In this document: positions 48,601 to 62,917 of the stretch, piece by piece
How positions within the stretch are numbered: position 1 is the stretch's first letter
Layout of the letters: every line of letters starts with the position of its first letter
Assembly (NCBI GenBank): GCA_973895155.1
Contig: OZ316892.1
Coordinates: 16,039,040 to 16,103,039, forward strand
Origin: Marsupella aquatica
Taxonomy: Eukaryota > Plantae > Marchantiophyta
DNA length: 64,000 bases
Reading direction: 5' to 3'
Translations under genes and position numbers: made by a program
Notes under the pieces: generated by a model
Told to the model about the DNA's origin: nothing
The model's database searches: none
Seen by the model: only the letters and a program-made list of their open reading frames with translations

Positions 48601-51600
48601 ATTTTCCGTGCTTTCTTTCATTACAGATAGCAGTCAATGATGAGGGTCGTGATATGTGGCTGGTGTACTTAAATATGAGAGAGTACGGTTCAGCTCTTGA
48701 ACACTGCAGAGATACCTTCCAGAGAGATCACGTTTATGCGACACAGGTAGAAGATTGCGTCACGAATGTGGACACTGCCTTTCTTCCAGTTTCTGCTTTT
48801 AGCTTTTGTCTTGATCATTGCAGTGGCAGATTAAAGGAATTGCGACAATGTTGTGGGCGTAAGAAGGGAAGTACTTCGAATGACTCTCAAGGATTGCCAA
48901 GAATCAATATCAAAGACGATATCCACATTTCTTCTATGTCTGAAAGTGATCATTTGGATAAATAGGTCCAGCCACAAGAGCTTACTGGTTATGAGGTATC
49001 AATGAGGTTGTGGAAATATGTAGGCAGAGGCTGCGTTCAAGTCTGGTGAATATGACATAGCTGCATCGTTCTTTGCCAAGGTAAGGAGTATTGTCACACG
49101 CAAACAGACCCTAGTTTGCTCAAAGTTCATTTCCCGCAGTGTCAGTGCCCCAAGGTTGGTTATTTTGGCGTCGATTTAAATTATTCAGATCTTTTATGGC
49201 CACTAGCATAACTATGAACTGTACTGAATAGACGTACTATTTATAAAGTTCTCAAGATTACCAAGAAAGAGTTTGAAATTCTTCACACATTGAAAGGCTT
49301 GTGATAGACATTAGCAGCAATGTTTAAAAGACATACGATTTCCCCCAGATAACCTTTTACTCTAATTGGTATATTGCGCTGTTCTTTGTGCAAATATGTA
49401 TATTCGAAGCTAGACATGATTGCGTGTGGCTTATCCTAATTACCAGAAACTTACTGATACATGCAGGCAAATTCTGTTGCAACGTTTGAAGAAGTTGCTT
49501 TGAAATTTGTCTTAGCGGGAGAGCAGGTGATCCGAATTTAGTTAAAGCTATCCTTTTTTTTTGCTTAGTCAAGTTTGCTTAGTCAAGTTTGCTTAGTCAA
49601 GTTTGCTGCCTCGAACGTGCTGCGTGATGCTTAAATGGCCCTCAAATGGTATCAGTAAGACTCGTTGTGTACAGGACGCACTACGAGCCTACCTGTTGAG
49701 AAAACTGGATTATTTTGGTCAGGAGGACCGGGCCCAAGTTACCATGATTGCAACATGGGCCACCGAGCTTTACTTGGACAAGGTATAGCGTGAAAATTGG
49801 TATTGGTGGTAACAAATTGTTTATCCATCCTGTCAACCAGGGAGAAGACGACTCTTAATTTTGAAATTGGACCCCTCATAGCTTACAACAAGCTTCTTCG
49901 CACTTATAAGAAGACCCTTTCATTTGAGCTTCAAGTATAGTGTTTGCTTGCAAAGTAGTTGAGTTTTAAATGTGTACAGAGCAGAGATTTCAAAGTAGCC
50001 ATTATGTTTCCAACATTTTTTAATTTCATTTTAAGATCTTGTAGATCAACCGACTTCTTATGGGTGAAAGCAAGCAAATGCTGCCAGGAGCCGAGAGTGA
50101 AGACAGCCCAAGTGCTGAGTACCAAGCTACCCTGAAGGAATTTCTAGCCTTTCTGAGTGACTGGAAAAACGTTCTAGATGAAGCTACCACAGTGAAATTG
50201 CTTGGAAGGTTTACAACTTCCTCCAGATTAAATAGCATGAACTGTTTCTAAGTTCTTACCATCCACCGTAATTGAATAGGGAATGTAGGTTGTTGGGCAT
50301 CTTACTGGTGGTAGTCGATGATATATATTTCATCATACGCAGAATTGAATAGTGTTGTCGTTTGTTAGAATATTACTGTTGGGCTTTTGGTTAAATTGAA
50401 CCCCCACAATGCTTTATTCCGCATTCACTTAACTCCACTTGTCCATTACCATTCTGAGCAGCTATGGGAGAGTGGATGAGTTGGTGTACTTTGCCCGTCT
50501 CAAGGAACAGTACGAGATTCTGCTGCACCATTTCATTCAGGTGCAGGAACATTTTTTTTTAAAGATTTCTACATTCGATCGCAACGTTTCAGGCAAAAGT
50601 GTCGTTGTGACAGGACTGCTCTAAATTTATGCTGGCATCCACAAGTGTCAATATTTGTTGGCGTATGGAAATAGTAAATTCCACAATTTGTAGTCATTTT
50701 TGTTCTTTCGCAACAAGTTCAGCTGCGTTGTGACTCCGCGATGTACAGCGCAAAAACGTCAGCAGGTATTTGGGTGTTTTCGATACATTAGAAAATGTAT
50801 GTTGGCATCGCTGTGATGTGTCTGGTATGGAACTTACGTGTGTATCTGGCAAAATATCAATCGACTGAATAGATGTTGCCTTGGTAGATGGCTGCTCATT
50901 TCCTATTCTGTGAGACTTTCTGAGATGTTCAATGTGGGTGATTTGATTCTTTGCAGCAAGGAGATGCTAAAAGAGCATTAGCTGTGCTCCGAAAACCAAA
51001 TATTTCTCCTGAGCTGCAGGTTTGGCCCAAATGGTAGCATTCCGTCTGCATTGTCCGTTTCTGAAAGTCAGCAATTTTCTCTCTGAAACTTACAAATACC
51101 GAGATTGGTGGAAATTCCTTTGTCATGAATTATATCTTTATATCTACAGTGGAGATTCTTGCTGGAGTGCAGCGCGAAAGAGTGAGCAGCTGAAGGGGTT
51201 TTGTATTAGCAAGTTTAGGATTTATATCAATGCCGGTCTGTCAGAACTTGCCGAATTGTTGTTAAGCTCCTCTCCATTCTTTCTGCTGCAGTACAAGCAT
51301 GGTCCAGCTTTGATCATGGTGGACCCACATGCAACTGTCGAGTCTTGGATGGCAGCAAATCTGAAGCCACGGCGGCTGGTTCCTGCTTTGATGCGTTATG
51401 CCAATAGACATCCTCCAAAGTGAGTAAGCACAAGACGTTAGAGTGGAGCGCAAACGAAAATGTTAGCTGAAAATGAATGAGTAGGTTTGATGAACTATGT
51501 AATTCAGCTAGCCAGTTGTTTAGATGTTGAGAAGATCGTCCATTGAGTGTGAACAATGACTAAGATTGGTGGGTATATCTGTAATTCGCACGGGGAATCT

Positions 51601-54600
51601 TAACTCATTGTCCTTCATATACTCTCTGCAATAGGGATGAAGCAAATGCTGCAATTCGTTATCTTGAGTTCTGTGTACAACGCCAACAAAATGAGGATTC
51701 TGCTATCCACAACTTACTGCTATCCCTTTATGCAAAGCAGGTGGGTTGGTGTTTAGGATTGTGCTGTAATTGTCTGAGCAACTATAAGACCAGTGACTAA
51801 CTCCAGCTTTAGTATAGAACAAAGGTGGCGTCTGGTGAGGTGGTATGGTTTGTTAGGAAGTTTTTAATTCATCATTTGATGAGCATTGGGATTGGGAATA
51901 ATTTACGAAACACACATTTTCTAATGACCTCAATATGTCATTAGTCCCCGTCATGGTTGACTCAGACTTCGCCAAGCAGTAATGGTTGCTTAATCCAGAG
52001 TGAAGGTTTGAGTTTAGGTTTTTGGAATGATACAGTGGTTTTGAAACATCAGTGGTACCCTGCTCGATGTATTTAAACACAATGCTTTAGTTTTTCAGAT
52101 TTTAGGAGTTCCTGGATTGCGAGATATTTCGCAAGGTGTTTTCTCTCATGGTTCGTTTCTGTGTGACTGGTCAGGAAGATGAGAGTGCTTTGTTGCTGTT
52201 CCTGGATACGAAGTATGGGAAAGGAAGACCTGGACGGCCTGACATATTCTATGATCCGAAGTATGCACTTCGACTTTGTTTAGAGGAGAAGCGTATGCGA
52301 GCTTGTGTGTACATCTATGGTTTAATGGGGATGCATGAAGAGGCAGTTTCTCTTGCCTTACAGGTGTGCAAACATGTTTGGGTTTGTTAGGAGCAACAAG
52401 GGCACAGAATAAACAGCTCTAGAAATTTGACTCAAGCTAGGGCTTTGATCCTTTTATATACTCTCTAGCAGGTGCTGGTTCTCCAGTTTACTAACGCAGC
52501 ATTCGAGTGTAAAAGTTGTTGCTCCTATGACAGAACATTTTGTGCTTGTGGTTTGGAAAACTAACGGTGCGAATTCCTAAGGTTAGGTAGAGTCCACTCG
52601 TGTACTCTATCTTCCCTGGAATAAACGGGAGCTGGAGAATGCATCCCAAATAGAAGATGATTGCATGCCTCCAGTGCACCTTAATTATCAATCTTGAACC
52701 TCGTTGGCAGCCCCATATACCTTCAGGGTCATAATCGTGGTCCCAATTGTAACCTGACTCTCTACCAAGTATTTTTTCTGCTGATATTCAGTTAGTGAGG
52801 TTCCTGCCATAAGAAGTGCGTTCCAACTCTGTGGCACACAACTTCTCAGACAGTACCCTTCCGAAATCTCATTCAACCACTAGAAGTTCTATTTCTTTAT
52901 TTGCTAACCTTCCCAGATGCCAATCTATTGTCAGTCTTGGAAATTTCCCAACAGGGTGCAATCTCCTTTGCTTTTTGTTAAATGCTGAGAAGCAGCTTGT
53001 CTGGTGATGCAAATGTATGACCAAGTTTCTTGGGGCACTGGCTTTTAAAATCTGGTGGTATTAATTTATGAATTAGACTCCTACAAAACAAGATAGACGA
53101 AACTGAAGCTATTGTCAATTACACAACCTTCTTTACACTATCCAAATCTTTTGGGTTATCAGTCCTGCTAACAGTATATTGTCTGTATGATTGCCTCAGA
53201 TAGATCCAGAGTTGGCAAAAAAAGAAGCCAATAAGGTGGATGATGACGAAGGGCTGAGAAAGAAGCTGTGGCTGATGGTTGCAAAGCATGTTATTCAGCA
53301 AGATAAAGGTGTCAAGGCGGAAAATATACGGATGGCTGTTGCTTTCTTGAAAGAAACAAATGGCTTGCTGAAGATTGAAGACATTCTTCCTTTCTTTCCT
53401 GATTTCTCGCTGATTGATGATTTCAAGGTATATCTGATACTCATTTGGTATATTGTATTGTTACCTACTTATATGGACATTCTGGCTTCCTTTATGTATT
53501 TCATTGACCAGTTTTTAAATTTGTAATTTTCTGTAAAACTCATGGCACTTGAAGTCACAATAATCTTCTAAGCACGAAAGATCTATCACGTGAGATAAGC
53601 TCAAGCACGAAAGCTAAAACTTACCTTGTCAAATGCTTGTTTTTTACTAGGAAGCTATCTGTACTTCCTTGGAAGATTATACTAAACAAATTGAGGAACT
53701 GAAGCGCGAGATGAACGATGCAACACTTGGAGCTGACAATATCCGCCAGGATATAAATTCACTCACGCAGCGTTATGCAATCGTCAATCAAAATGAGGAT
53801 TGTGGAGTAAGTTTCAAGATTTTAATCAGATGTAAAATAGTGTTTGTTTTCTTTCCAATTAACGTCCATTAGCAAGTGCACTTCGATTCAGCAAATACCA
53901 TCACTAATGGTGCACATCGTAGATACCTTAAGTCTTTGTTCTAGCTAAAACATGAGTTTCATGGAAATTTCTTGTTAAATATGTTTCTTCTCAATTTCTT
54001 ATCATTTGCAGATTTGTGGGAAGCGAATATTATTGACAAGTGGGAAATGGGGTGCAAGGCCAGTCGCTCAGAACTATACTTCGGGAATGGCACCGTTCTA
54101 TGTCTTTCCCTGTGAACATTCATTTCATGCGCAGTGTCTAACAGACTATGTAATGAAGCATAGCGACAAGTTCGAGGTAGATCTCGTTACTGGGCCCCCT
54201 CGTATGTGCTTTCCTCAGCCCTGATCATCTACATTGAACCTGCTTCTAAGCAATGGCTTTACGAAATCGTTTACTGTCTGAGCAGTCAGACAGATCCATT
54301 ACAAAGGAGAGTTTCGTCATGGACTTGCAATCCCCCAAAGTCTACCACTACAACTTTGAAGAATAATGTGGTTTTGTGACGTTTTCTGGATTTCCTTCAG
54401 AGAGAGCGTATCGCAGAATTATGCAACAGGTTGGCAGCAATGTCAACAGAGGCTTCGTCACAAACATCTAGGAAGATGATGAATGGAAAATACGACGGTC
54501 AAATATCTGCGGATGGTCAGATTCAGCCGGCGGATCAGGTATGATTTCTTACGGCGTAGTGTATCTTGAAGTTTAGCCTTCTAACCATGGAAAACACTCT

Positions 54601-54906
54601 GGGGACACCTCGGGCAAGGATCTCTGAAGCGATTAAACGATGTCTCGTAGCATCTAGACAACACAGCCCCACCACCAATTCAGTTTCTTTTCAATGTTTT
54701 GGTAAGTCTTGCTTGTGTTTACTCATACACGTCTTGTCCAGGTGCGTGCACAACTGGATGATGCAGTTGGTGGTGAATGTCCGTTTTGCGGAGAGCTAAT
54801 GGTAAGGAAAATCTCCCAGCTTTTCATATCAGCAGAGGAGTCTGATCTTATCGCGTCATGGGCAATTCACTCTGGAACTCTGGCCAAGGAGAGCGGTTTT
54901 ACGTGA
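45618..54906 (+). CDS. VPS18: Vacuolar protein sorting-associated protein 18 (HOPS/CORVET core), about 24 exons
   Basis: Exon peptides IFAIDLLERHATKGHG, YYIHAKWKKPRPLNKLKG, DEGRDMWLVYL, QVTMIATWATELYLDK, SYGRVDELVYFA, FYDPKYALRLCL, LRKKLWLMVAKHVI, LLKIEDILPFFPDF, RING region FYVFPCEHSFHAQCL and ECPFCGELM. GT-AG introns; stop at 54904-54906. Confidence 0.96.
49563..49607. repeat. Intronic tandem repeat, 3 x 14 bp
   Basis: GCTTAGTCAAGTTT x3. Confidence 0.9.
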
Positions 54907-56499
54907 TCACAAATTCAAAGTCGATGCTTCAATTTCAACTACTTGACTTTATAATGGATATCAGCGGGAACTGAAAGCAGTCCCTTTTGTGCTACTAATA
55001 TCAGAATATTAGTAGGGGTGTTGTGTTAGGTTTTTTGCCACCTAAGGTCGTTCTGCTAAACAATGCTGCCTGTCAAAGAACAAGGGCAGTATTTAGATTT
55101 TCGATCCTCGGCAGAACTCGGGTTCTCGTTCCAGTAGTCTATACTTATATCCGAGACTGGAACTGTGACATTGAAACAAGAAAGGAGATGAAATATCTTC
55201 TCTCAAGTGATCTTACTTATTGTGAGTTCTAAGGTTTCAGAGATTCGGCAAGAAATAGTATAGTAGGAGTCACTCTCAATGTAGAGTCTGCCAAGTTATT
55301 TTTTGGAACTGGCAAGTAAGATGGTGCATGAGGGCAACCTTGTCCGCTCGTCCAATATACATGGGAGGAATACCGGGTAACAATTTAAACAGATTCCTCG
55401 ATGTTACGTGTGATTGGCCATTGTCATGTGATCCAATCCAGTGAGTTTTCTGCTATGTTTGTTTCTTTGGTGAAAAAAAGGGGAGGTTAGACGCCAGCCT
55501 AACCCAGGAGGGCCTGGTGGCTCCTCGGTCAAACCCGTCCTCGTGGTGATTTCTCTACCATTCAGATAATGAATGACCTTATTTGGTGGATTACTGATTC
55601 TACTGGATAATAATAATCCGGTAAGAATGGCATGAATGGCATTTCCAGTTTAACTGTGGGGTACCTAAGGAGGGACTATCATAGGTGTAATAGAAGTACT
55701 TCGCATGTGAACCCTAATCCCTATCCCCAATTTCCCCTCCCTCTTAGCCAGAATCGTGGAGTACAAAGAGCATTAGGATGAAACTACACCGTCAATTTAG
55801 GTCTGATCTTTAGAGTACCATTCACATGCAACATGGCCCTAATATTAGACAATTTGGTGGGGTTTTCCTATCCTAATGCTCTAGCTTTGAGGGTTTGCGG
55901 CGTAGAAGATTTTGACACTCTTCAAACATAATATCCTTAGTGTAGGTTAGGGTTTCCTTCCACAATTGGACCCACTTTCATGCCCTGGGGCAGAAAAAGA
56001 AAACCAATGAAAGTCAAATGGATATAATATGGTGGCTTAAACTGGAACTCGTTGGCGCTAGGATTAGTACTAGTGCCTAATCCTAGCACCTTTGGTTTGA
56101 GATTTTGTTTTTGGACGACACATTCTTGGATCTGTGCTATTAATTATGTAGAGATACTATACTAGATACTATACTGTCATATTAAATATTAAGTGTAAAC
56201 ACTCACATTGTAGATTTGTTTAGTTTCTCTCCATAATTAAATTTTTTCCAAAATTCCTGGCTCCATGTGCAGTCACATAACATGATTTGTCACACACTAG
56301 AATCTAGTCATGCAAGAAGAACCAAATTTGAGTATTTGTGTTTGAGACAAGATAAAGAAAACCGGTTAGACCTTGTAATTGTAAAGACAATGGAAAACAG
56401 TAAGATTGCAAGTAGACAAAGAAAAGGGTAAAATAGAGTTAAAAGAAAATAATATTTGAATGAATCATGAATGATTAGCTCAATATCTGTGCGTTGCAC

Positions 56500-56830
56500 A
56501 AAAGATGTCATGTCAGTCAAGATGTCGTTGAGAAAAAGAATGTCGTGTCGGCCAAGATATTGTCAAGAAAAAAAATGTCATGTCGACCAAGAAGCATTGC
56601 AACAAAGGATGTCATGTCTGCCAAGAAGTCATTAGAAAACAGATGTCGTGTCGACCAAGACATTGTTGAGAAAAAAAATGTTGTGTTGTCAAAGATGTCG
56701 AGTCGGCCAAGAGGTCGTTGAGAAAAAAAATGTTATGTCTGCCAAGAAGTCATTAAGAAAACAGATGTTGTGTCGTCCAAGATGTCGTGTCAGCCAAGAG
56801 GTCGTTGAGAAAAAGATGTCGTGTCATTGA
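56500..56830. repeat. Degenerate tandem array of AAGATGTCGTGTCGGCCAAGA / GTCGTTGAGAAAAA units
   Basis: Alternating ~18-20-bp units seen directly. The array stops at the LTR boundary. Confidence 0.8.
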
Positions 56831-56835
56831 AGACC

Positions 56836-58575
56836 TGCCACCCCCGGATAAACTTTGGTCCCGATATTTTGGCCCCAAACTCGGGCGCCTTTGAGTGGTA
56901 AACCTAGTGGCAAGAGGTAATAGCAAGGTCTAGGGCTGGGCCGACACTTGGAACCATAGAAATGAGCTTACTTATGGCCAGGGGTGGCGTAGTATTATAA
57001 GACCTGTTGGACAAAATTGAGGCGCCTGGACCTGAAACCCGTGTTTAGGTTGCCTGGACCTGATCCAAACCCGGGGGTAGTCGCTTCCATCACCGGTTAA
57101 TGTTCCGGCAATGGAGAGGCCGCAGACTGGAGTTCAAACGCGGAGTCCGGGCAATTGAGGGAAACTTTGATTTTTTTGGTTGGGGCGCGGAGGGAGTCAT
57201 CGCCCCTGTTGTCGGGACCAGTTGGGTCGCGGAGATGGTCAGCTGTCCAGGGAAAAGTCGGTCGACCTTGTTCGCGGGGAGGTCAATGGCGGTTGTCGAC
57301 CAACGGCCAGCTGTTGACTCAGGCTCATTTCGGGGCAAGATGGCGAGGTCGGCACTAAGGCGGTCTGGCAAGGAGGTCTGGCCGCAGTCCACTCAGGCTC
57401 GTCGCGAGGGTGAGTCAAGGGCGAGTTGAGGGCTTTTAGCGCGGCGACAGGAACTCAGTGCGTGGCAAGACACGGCATCGCAGCGGCAAAAGTGGAGGGT
57501 CACGTTTTTTCCCTTTATATAGCTTTCACTTTTTACTGTTCCTATTTTTTCTCCCATTATATTTGAATAACAACCATGGCTTTTTTGGGAGCAACCTTGT
57601 ATTATAGGAGTTATTATTTTATTTATACTCAAGTTTAATATCCAATTCTTTAAATCTCAATTTTAATAATTCATTTATTATTATTATTTTTTATCCTGGT
57701 CAGGTTTGGGTAGGTTAAAGGTAGTTTGGGCAGAGGTATGGAGATTATCAGGGGTATGGATGGATCCAACAATTCCAGAAAATAAATTTTTATTGAAGGG
57801 CTGGGATTGGTTACCTTTTTTGAGGTTGTAAATGGACTATTTCTAGAGTATGTGATATTATAGTGACTTCTCCCATCCCATTTTTCAGACTTTTAATTAT
57901 TTGTTTCCCATGATTACACTATTGTAAAGTGACACACAATCTCCCTCCCGGCCCTCCCTTTACACCCCCCCCCCCCCTTGAATATGCAAGCCGTAGCCGG
58001 CTGCTTCTTTGCCCCCCATCAGCCCGTCGGTCCTCCCTCGCCCTCCCGCCGGTCACCACCCCTTTGCGACCCTTCACGCAGCCAACACTTGCTTCCGGCA
58101 GCCATTTCATGGCTGCTCCTCTTGGCAGCCTGCGTGCAACCCTGCCCTGTACGCGCCCATCCAAATGACCCCCCTTTTCTTAACGTCTGATTTAATAAAG
58201 GGGCTTTAAACCCCCTTTAGCCCCTATTTTTTATTCCTTTTCCCCGGTTTCTGATTGGTAGCCGCATCTCGGGACCTGCCGCCCTCCACTTTCACCGCTT
58301 GGATAGGGGGAATGCCCTCTGTGAGCCCTGCTGCTCTATGCGGGAATATTCCCCAAAAAACAGAGAGTGTTTTTGGCCGTCCGTCAAAGATTTTGTTCGC
58401 CAAACGTTAACTTTTGTTGCTTGTCTTTGGCAAGTTGCTAGTCATCAGAGTAGGCAACGTTGTGGTGCGTCCCATGGCTCCCTAAACCCAAGAAACCCCC
58501 CTGCACAAGCCGATTCCCGCAGGTTTTGCTCTTGGCAAGGCCGGTTTCGTGGCTTAGCGGCATTGGACGTTGCTA
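56836..58575 (-). mobile_element. Probable 3' LTR (~1.7 kb) of a gypsy-type retrotransposon
   Basis: On the minus strand a purine tract AGTAGAGAGT (58576-58585) precedes TAGCAACGTCC, and the segment ends GGGGGTGGCA at 56836. TATA box CTATATAAAGGG at 57511-57522. The partner LTR is not in the window. Confidence 0.55.
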
Positions 58576-59354
58576 ACTCTCTACTAACATTTTACACACA
58601 TATACTGGACAGATCCTTCATCGGGTCATGAGATACATAGTCGGCCTATTCTATGCCTTCCCTTGTCTTCCTCTTGTGGTTTTCCTTTAGGTATGTTTGG
58701 ATTCCGCCGCCGGAATGATCCCCAACTGGCTTGGGTAAGTTGCTAAGACCTCTCTCAGCTTGACACATCCAACTCTTACTACCTTGCTTACTCCCTTCTC
58801 TTGGTTGATGTGGGCAATCTTCAAACAAGTTAATGCGACACACAAATAGCAAAATGACTCCTTCTGACTGAGTTATACCATGCACTTGCCATACAAACAA
58901 TATTTCTCATACACAAGATCTGCGAACTAAGCCGTGAGGCCAACTCTATTCATCTCTTAGGCATGAGGAAACATGAATATACACAAGGGTCACAATATAG
59001 CTAACCGAGAGCTTCTTTTACTACTTGATCCCAGCCCTACTGGTGCACTAAAAACTTGCTAAGGAAGAAGGCCCTAAACTCCCCGCTGCCTAGGTACTTA
59101 TCCTGGCAGTGGATCCGCCTAATTCCTTGCAGCGTAAGCCTAATCTATCCTATCTGTAATCTACCTATGTACAGCAAGGCAGGAGCACAAGTGTTGCTCT
59201 TACCAGTGGATCCGCAATCCCACTAATCTAAGTGTCAGGGCCGCCTCTTGGTCCTGACCCTAAGTCTAAACTTGGAGATCTGAGCCCGCCCTGCCCACTC
59301 ACGCCTCCTCCCTCCACGTCCGCCCTCCTTAAAAGGAGCGGCCCTCCACCACCG

Positions 59355-62300
59355 TCATGGTAGCGGTGGCTGGTCCTCAATGGACGCCCCCAACGCTTCC
59401 TCCATAGCCACTGCCGTAGGTCCATCTTTTGAAAGATTACCTGCCCTAGACCCAGTCAACTCACTCGCAGCCTGACCGGGTCCACCCTCAGCTTTGGCCT
59501 CAGCATCGGCCACGGTCTCCAATACGGCTACGGCCTCCCCGGCATGCTCAAGTGGTGGATCCGGTACTCCGGCTTCATCACTGAGTATCCTGGCCTTGGC
59601 TTTGCCATCCCCGCCTTCTAGGGCAGTTGGATCCTCTGTCGTGACCCTGCCTTCGGTTGGTGCCGGGTTCTCCTCCGTGGTCACGACTGCTTGAGAAGTA
59701 GTGTTACTCCCTGACCCAGAAGGTTTTCGCTTCTTCTTCTTCCCTGGTTTGGCAACTGGTCCCTTCCCCTTGCCACTTACCTCCGGCACTAGTGCGAGTG
59801 TTGCGGCTTGTCCTTCGGCCAGTACTACTCCTGGAAACTTGGTTGCCCCAATTGGAGTTGGAACTGATGAAGCCAAGCACTTAAATACTGCGGCTTGTTT
59901 CTTTAGTCGCTCTGTTTGGTTGTCGGCCCGTCGTTGTAAGTTCTCCATCTTCCTCGTGCTTTCTTCCAACTCCTCTTGTGTTTCATCCAACTCCTCCTGT
60001 GTTTCATCCAAGTCCTTCCACACCTCCTCCAGCTCCTTTTGGGCTTCCTCCAACTCCTTCTAGGCTTCCTCCAATTCCTTCTTTAAGGTAGCTCTCTCCT
60101 CCTGGGTTGCTCTTAGCTCCTTGTTGAGCTCCATTACGACCTCAAACTCCATTTTATTCATCTTGGCATAAGTCTGATCGAGCTGGTCGTCTTTCTCACG
60201 TAGGTCGGCCTTGAAGCTGGCCGTTAGGGATGCAAGCTCCTGCTGCAGCACAATAATCCCTTGATAGGATTTCCCTAACTTGGCCTCCTTCTGCTCAAGG
60301 GCTCCGCGGATATCCTCGAGCTCCCCCTTCAACGCCCTCTCCCTCCTTTGGGTCTCCGCCATGGCCCGATTGTTGGTTGCTATGTGGGCCTCCTCTGCGT
60401 CCCTTAGTTCTTGCTTCCACTTCTCCCTTTCCTTGACCGCATCGGCCAACTCCCCTTGGGTCCGAGTCAGTTTATCCTTGATAATCTGATTATCAGACTA
60501 AGCGGTATCCAGTTGCCCCTGCATGATGTTTAGCTCATGCCGCTTAATCCGCAGCTCATCTTGGGCTTTCTTGGCCGCCTTCAGGTCCTCTGCCTTTGCT
60601 TCCTTCTCCCTAAGCCGTCGGATGACCTCGTCCTTCTTCCTTCTCTCCAAAGCCACCGCTTCTTCCAATCGGCATTTCTCCAATATCCCCCTCCGGAAAA
60701 AGGGTCCTTGCTCCAACTCCTCCCCAAAGATGCTGAGTGCAAGTTCCCCACACATCTCCCCATACTCCATGGCTCTTTCTTTAGCATAGGTGGAGTGAGT
60801 AGAAGTCATTGGCATCAACCATTGCGGCCTTTGTTCCCAAGCCGCCTTCCGTATTTCTTCTATCATGGCTGGAGGGCTGCCTCGTCTTTCTGCAAGCCGT
60901 CGGATGTCCTCTGGCCATTCTCCCCCAAGTAAATCCTTTTCCCTAGCCAGGGTTGCCTCCTCTTCTTCCCTAAGTTGCTCCAGAAAGTCCTGTGCCATCT
61001 GTTTTATTCCGTCAAAGCTCGGGGGAGCGACATCTGGCGGGGGAGACTCGGGGCTGTTCTGCTGGGTGGGGTCCCCTCGAACTACTCTTGGAAGCGTGGG
61101 GATGAAATGGCCACAGGTCCTTATTCCTGGGACATGATGGTCCGACCCGTAGCCGGGGTCATCATTGTCGTAGTCCTCCACCACCTCCTCCCCAACTTGG
61201 ACTACCGACTCCCCTCGCTGCTCTCCTGGTCTTGTTGTGAACACGGCCTCCTGCCGATCATAGCTTATAGGTCCTAGTTCCTCCTCCGGCTTCCAGGCTG
61301 TCTTCTCTCTCTGTTTCCCGTGAACAGGAGCCTTAGGCTGCCTTCCCTCGGCTTTGGGACTCGAGGCTCCTACATACATTCAAACCCCCGGCTTGTGTTC
61401 CAGCCTCCTTCTTTCCTTGGCTCCGGTAAAGGGGTTTTCCTTCATGAGTCGGCTTAGGCCGACCTTTGAAGCAGTGTCTAGTACCTATGCCGTTGGCGTT
61501 GCCGTTATCGTCCTCTTTTCCTTCTCCAGCAATTTTAGCAGATTCTGCATGCCTGGTTGCTGCATCGGCAAGTCTTCCGTCCTCGGCCTAAACACCTACT
61601 CGATTGTCGGACTGTCGGGCTGGTTGGGCTTCTCTGGTGCCGGCCTCTATTCTTGAACCTCCTCTGGTGTCCTTGCCTGTTGGGGAAGTACCGGGGCAAA
61701 GATCTGACTTTGGGCATACCGGCACAACAACGGCATGTGATAGCCAAGTCGGGACACGCTTCCCTTGCCGATCACCTGCTATTCCTCCTTCAAGATCTTC
61801 TTCAGTTGGGTGAGGAGGTACCCATTGTAGTCCCGGCTTGGGTCTGGTCTCTCCGCCAGGTAGACCTGCGCCTTGCAGAACTTTGGCCTCGGCAAGTTGC
61901 AATGCATGGTTACCCGCAAGAAATCGATTATCTCTCCTATGTGCGGGTTGGTGCAGGTGTTCCGAAAGAAGCCATTCTTCGTTGATGGCCCTAGGAACGA
62001 CCGGACTCCTTGTCTGGCAAGGTCTTCCTGGTATCTACTTTGGTCTTATTGCCCATCTGCAAGCCAAACACTACGGCAATCACCCGGGTAGTGAGATAGA
62101 AATCCTTCCCATACACCCTTGTGGAATTGGTCTCGGGCTCCCAAGATCCCACAAATTCTAATAAGTCTGAATCTGGCACCTCTGGCTTCAGCCATGGTAA
62201 TTTCACGAAGGCTTCCAAGCCGGATCATGCATCCTTTCGAGTTTCCATAGCCGTAAAGCATGCATCCTCTTCACGTGCAAAGTGTAATTGCACTTCCTCG

Positions 62301-62917
62301 AGGAGGGTCGCCGCCCAGCCTTTCCAGGTGTCATCCTTTGTTGGAACGACATTGATGGGGTCGACCTCCTCTTCTTTGGCTTCTTCCGGCCTCCTGCTCC
62401 CTTGCTCGATTGGCTTCCTTGGTGCCGCCGACCTTGTTCTCTTTGCAGGGGTGGTCTCTTTGTTGTTGTTCCCTTTCCTCTTCATAGCTGTTGCCATGGA
62501 TGTTTCTCCAAGGATGGTTGCCTTCGTCCACCCCTTCGTGCTACCCTTCAACTCCCAATGTATGTCGTTGCAGCGGTTGATGGCTTCCCGGATGCCAACT
62601 ATTCTGTTCTTGCAAAATAGAAGGTCGTCTAGCTCATCACCAGTAGGTGTCCATGGGAATTCAACCGTGATGAGTTCTCCTCCTAAGAAGGCAGACTTCT
62701 GTAGCTCCCATAGTCGAGCGAGCTCCTGCCGTTCTCGAGCTGCTCTTTCTGATTCTTCATCCTCGTAGGTCCCAATGTACTCAGTTGCCCTTTCTAGCAG
62801 GCATCCCCAAAAATGAGCAACTTGATTGACGTTGCTCATACCCTTCTTTGAATTGATAGTCGGTATCTGCTCCGGCCCCGAGTGCTTGCCTAAGCAGCTG
62901 ACAATAGTTGGCTTCAC
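59355..62917 (-). pseudogene. Decayed retrotransposon accessory ORF (Athila/Tat-type extra ORF with long coiled coil)
   Basis: ORF pieces 62225-62917, 61991-62218, 60498-61379, 60060-60449 and 59355-60053 are broken by stops. LLEFVGSW...VYGKDFYLTTRVIAVVFGL is followed by heptad repeats (QEELDETQEELEE). Lies just upstream of the putative PPT and LTR. Confidence 0.55.
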
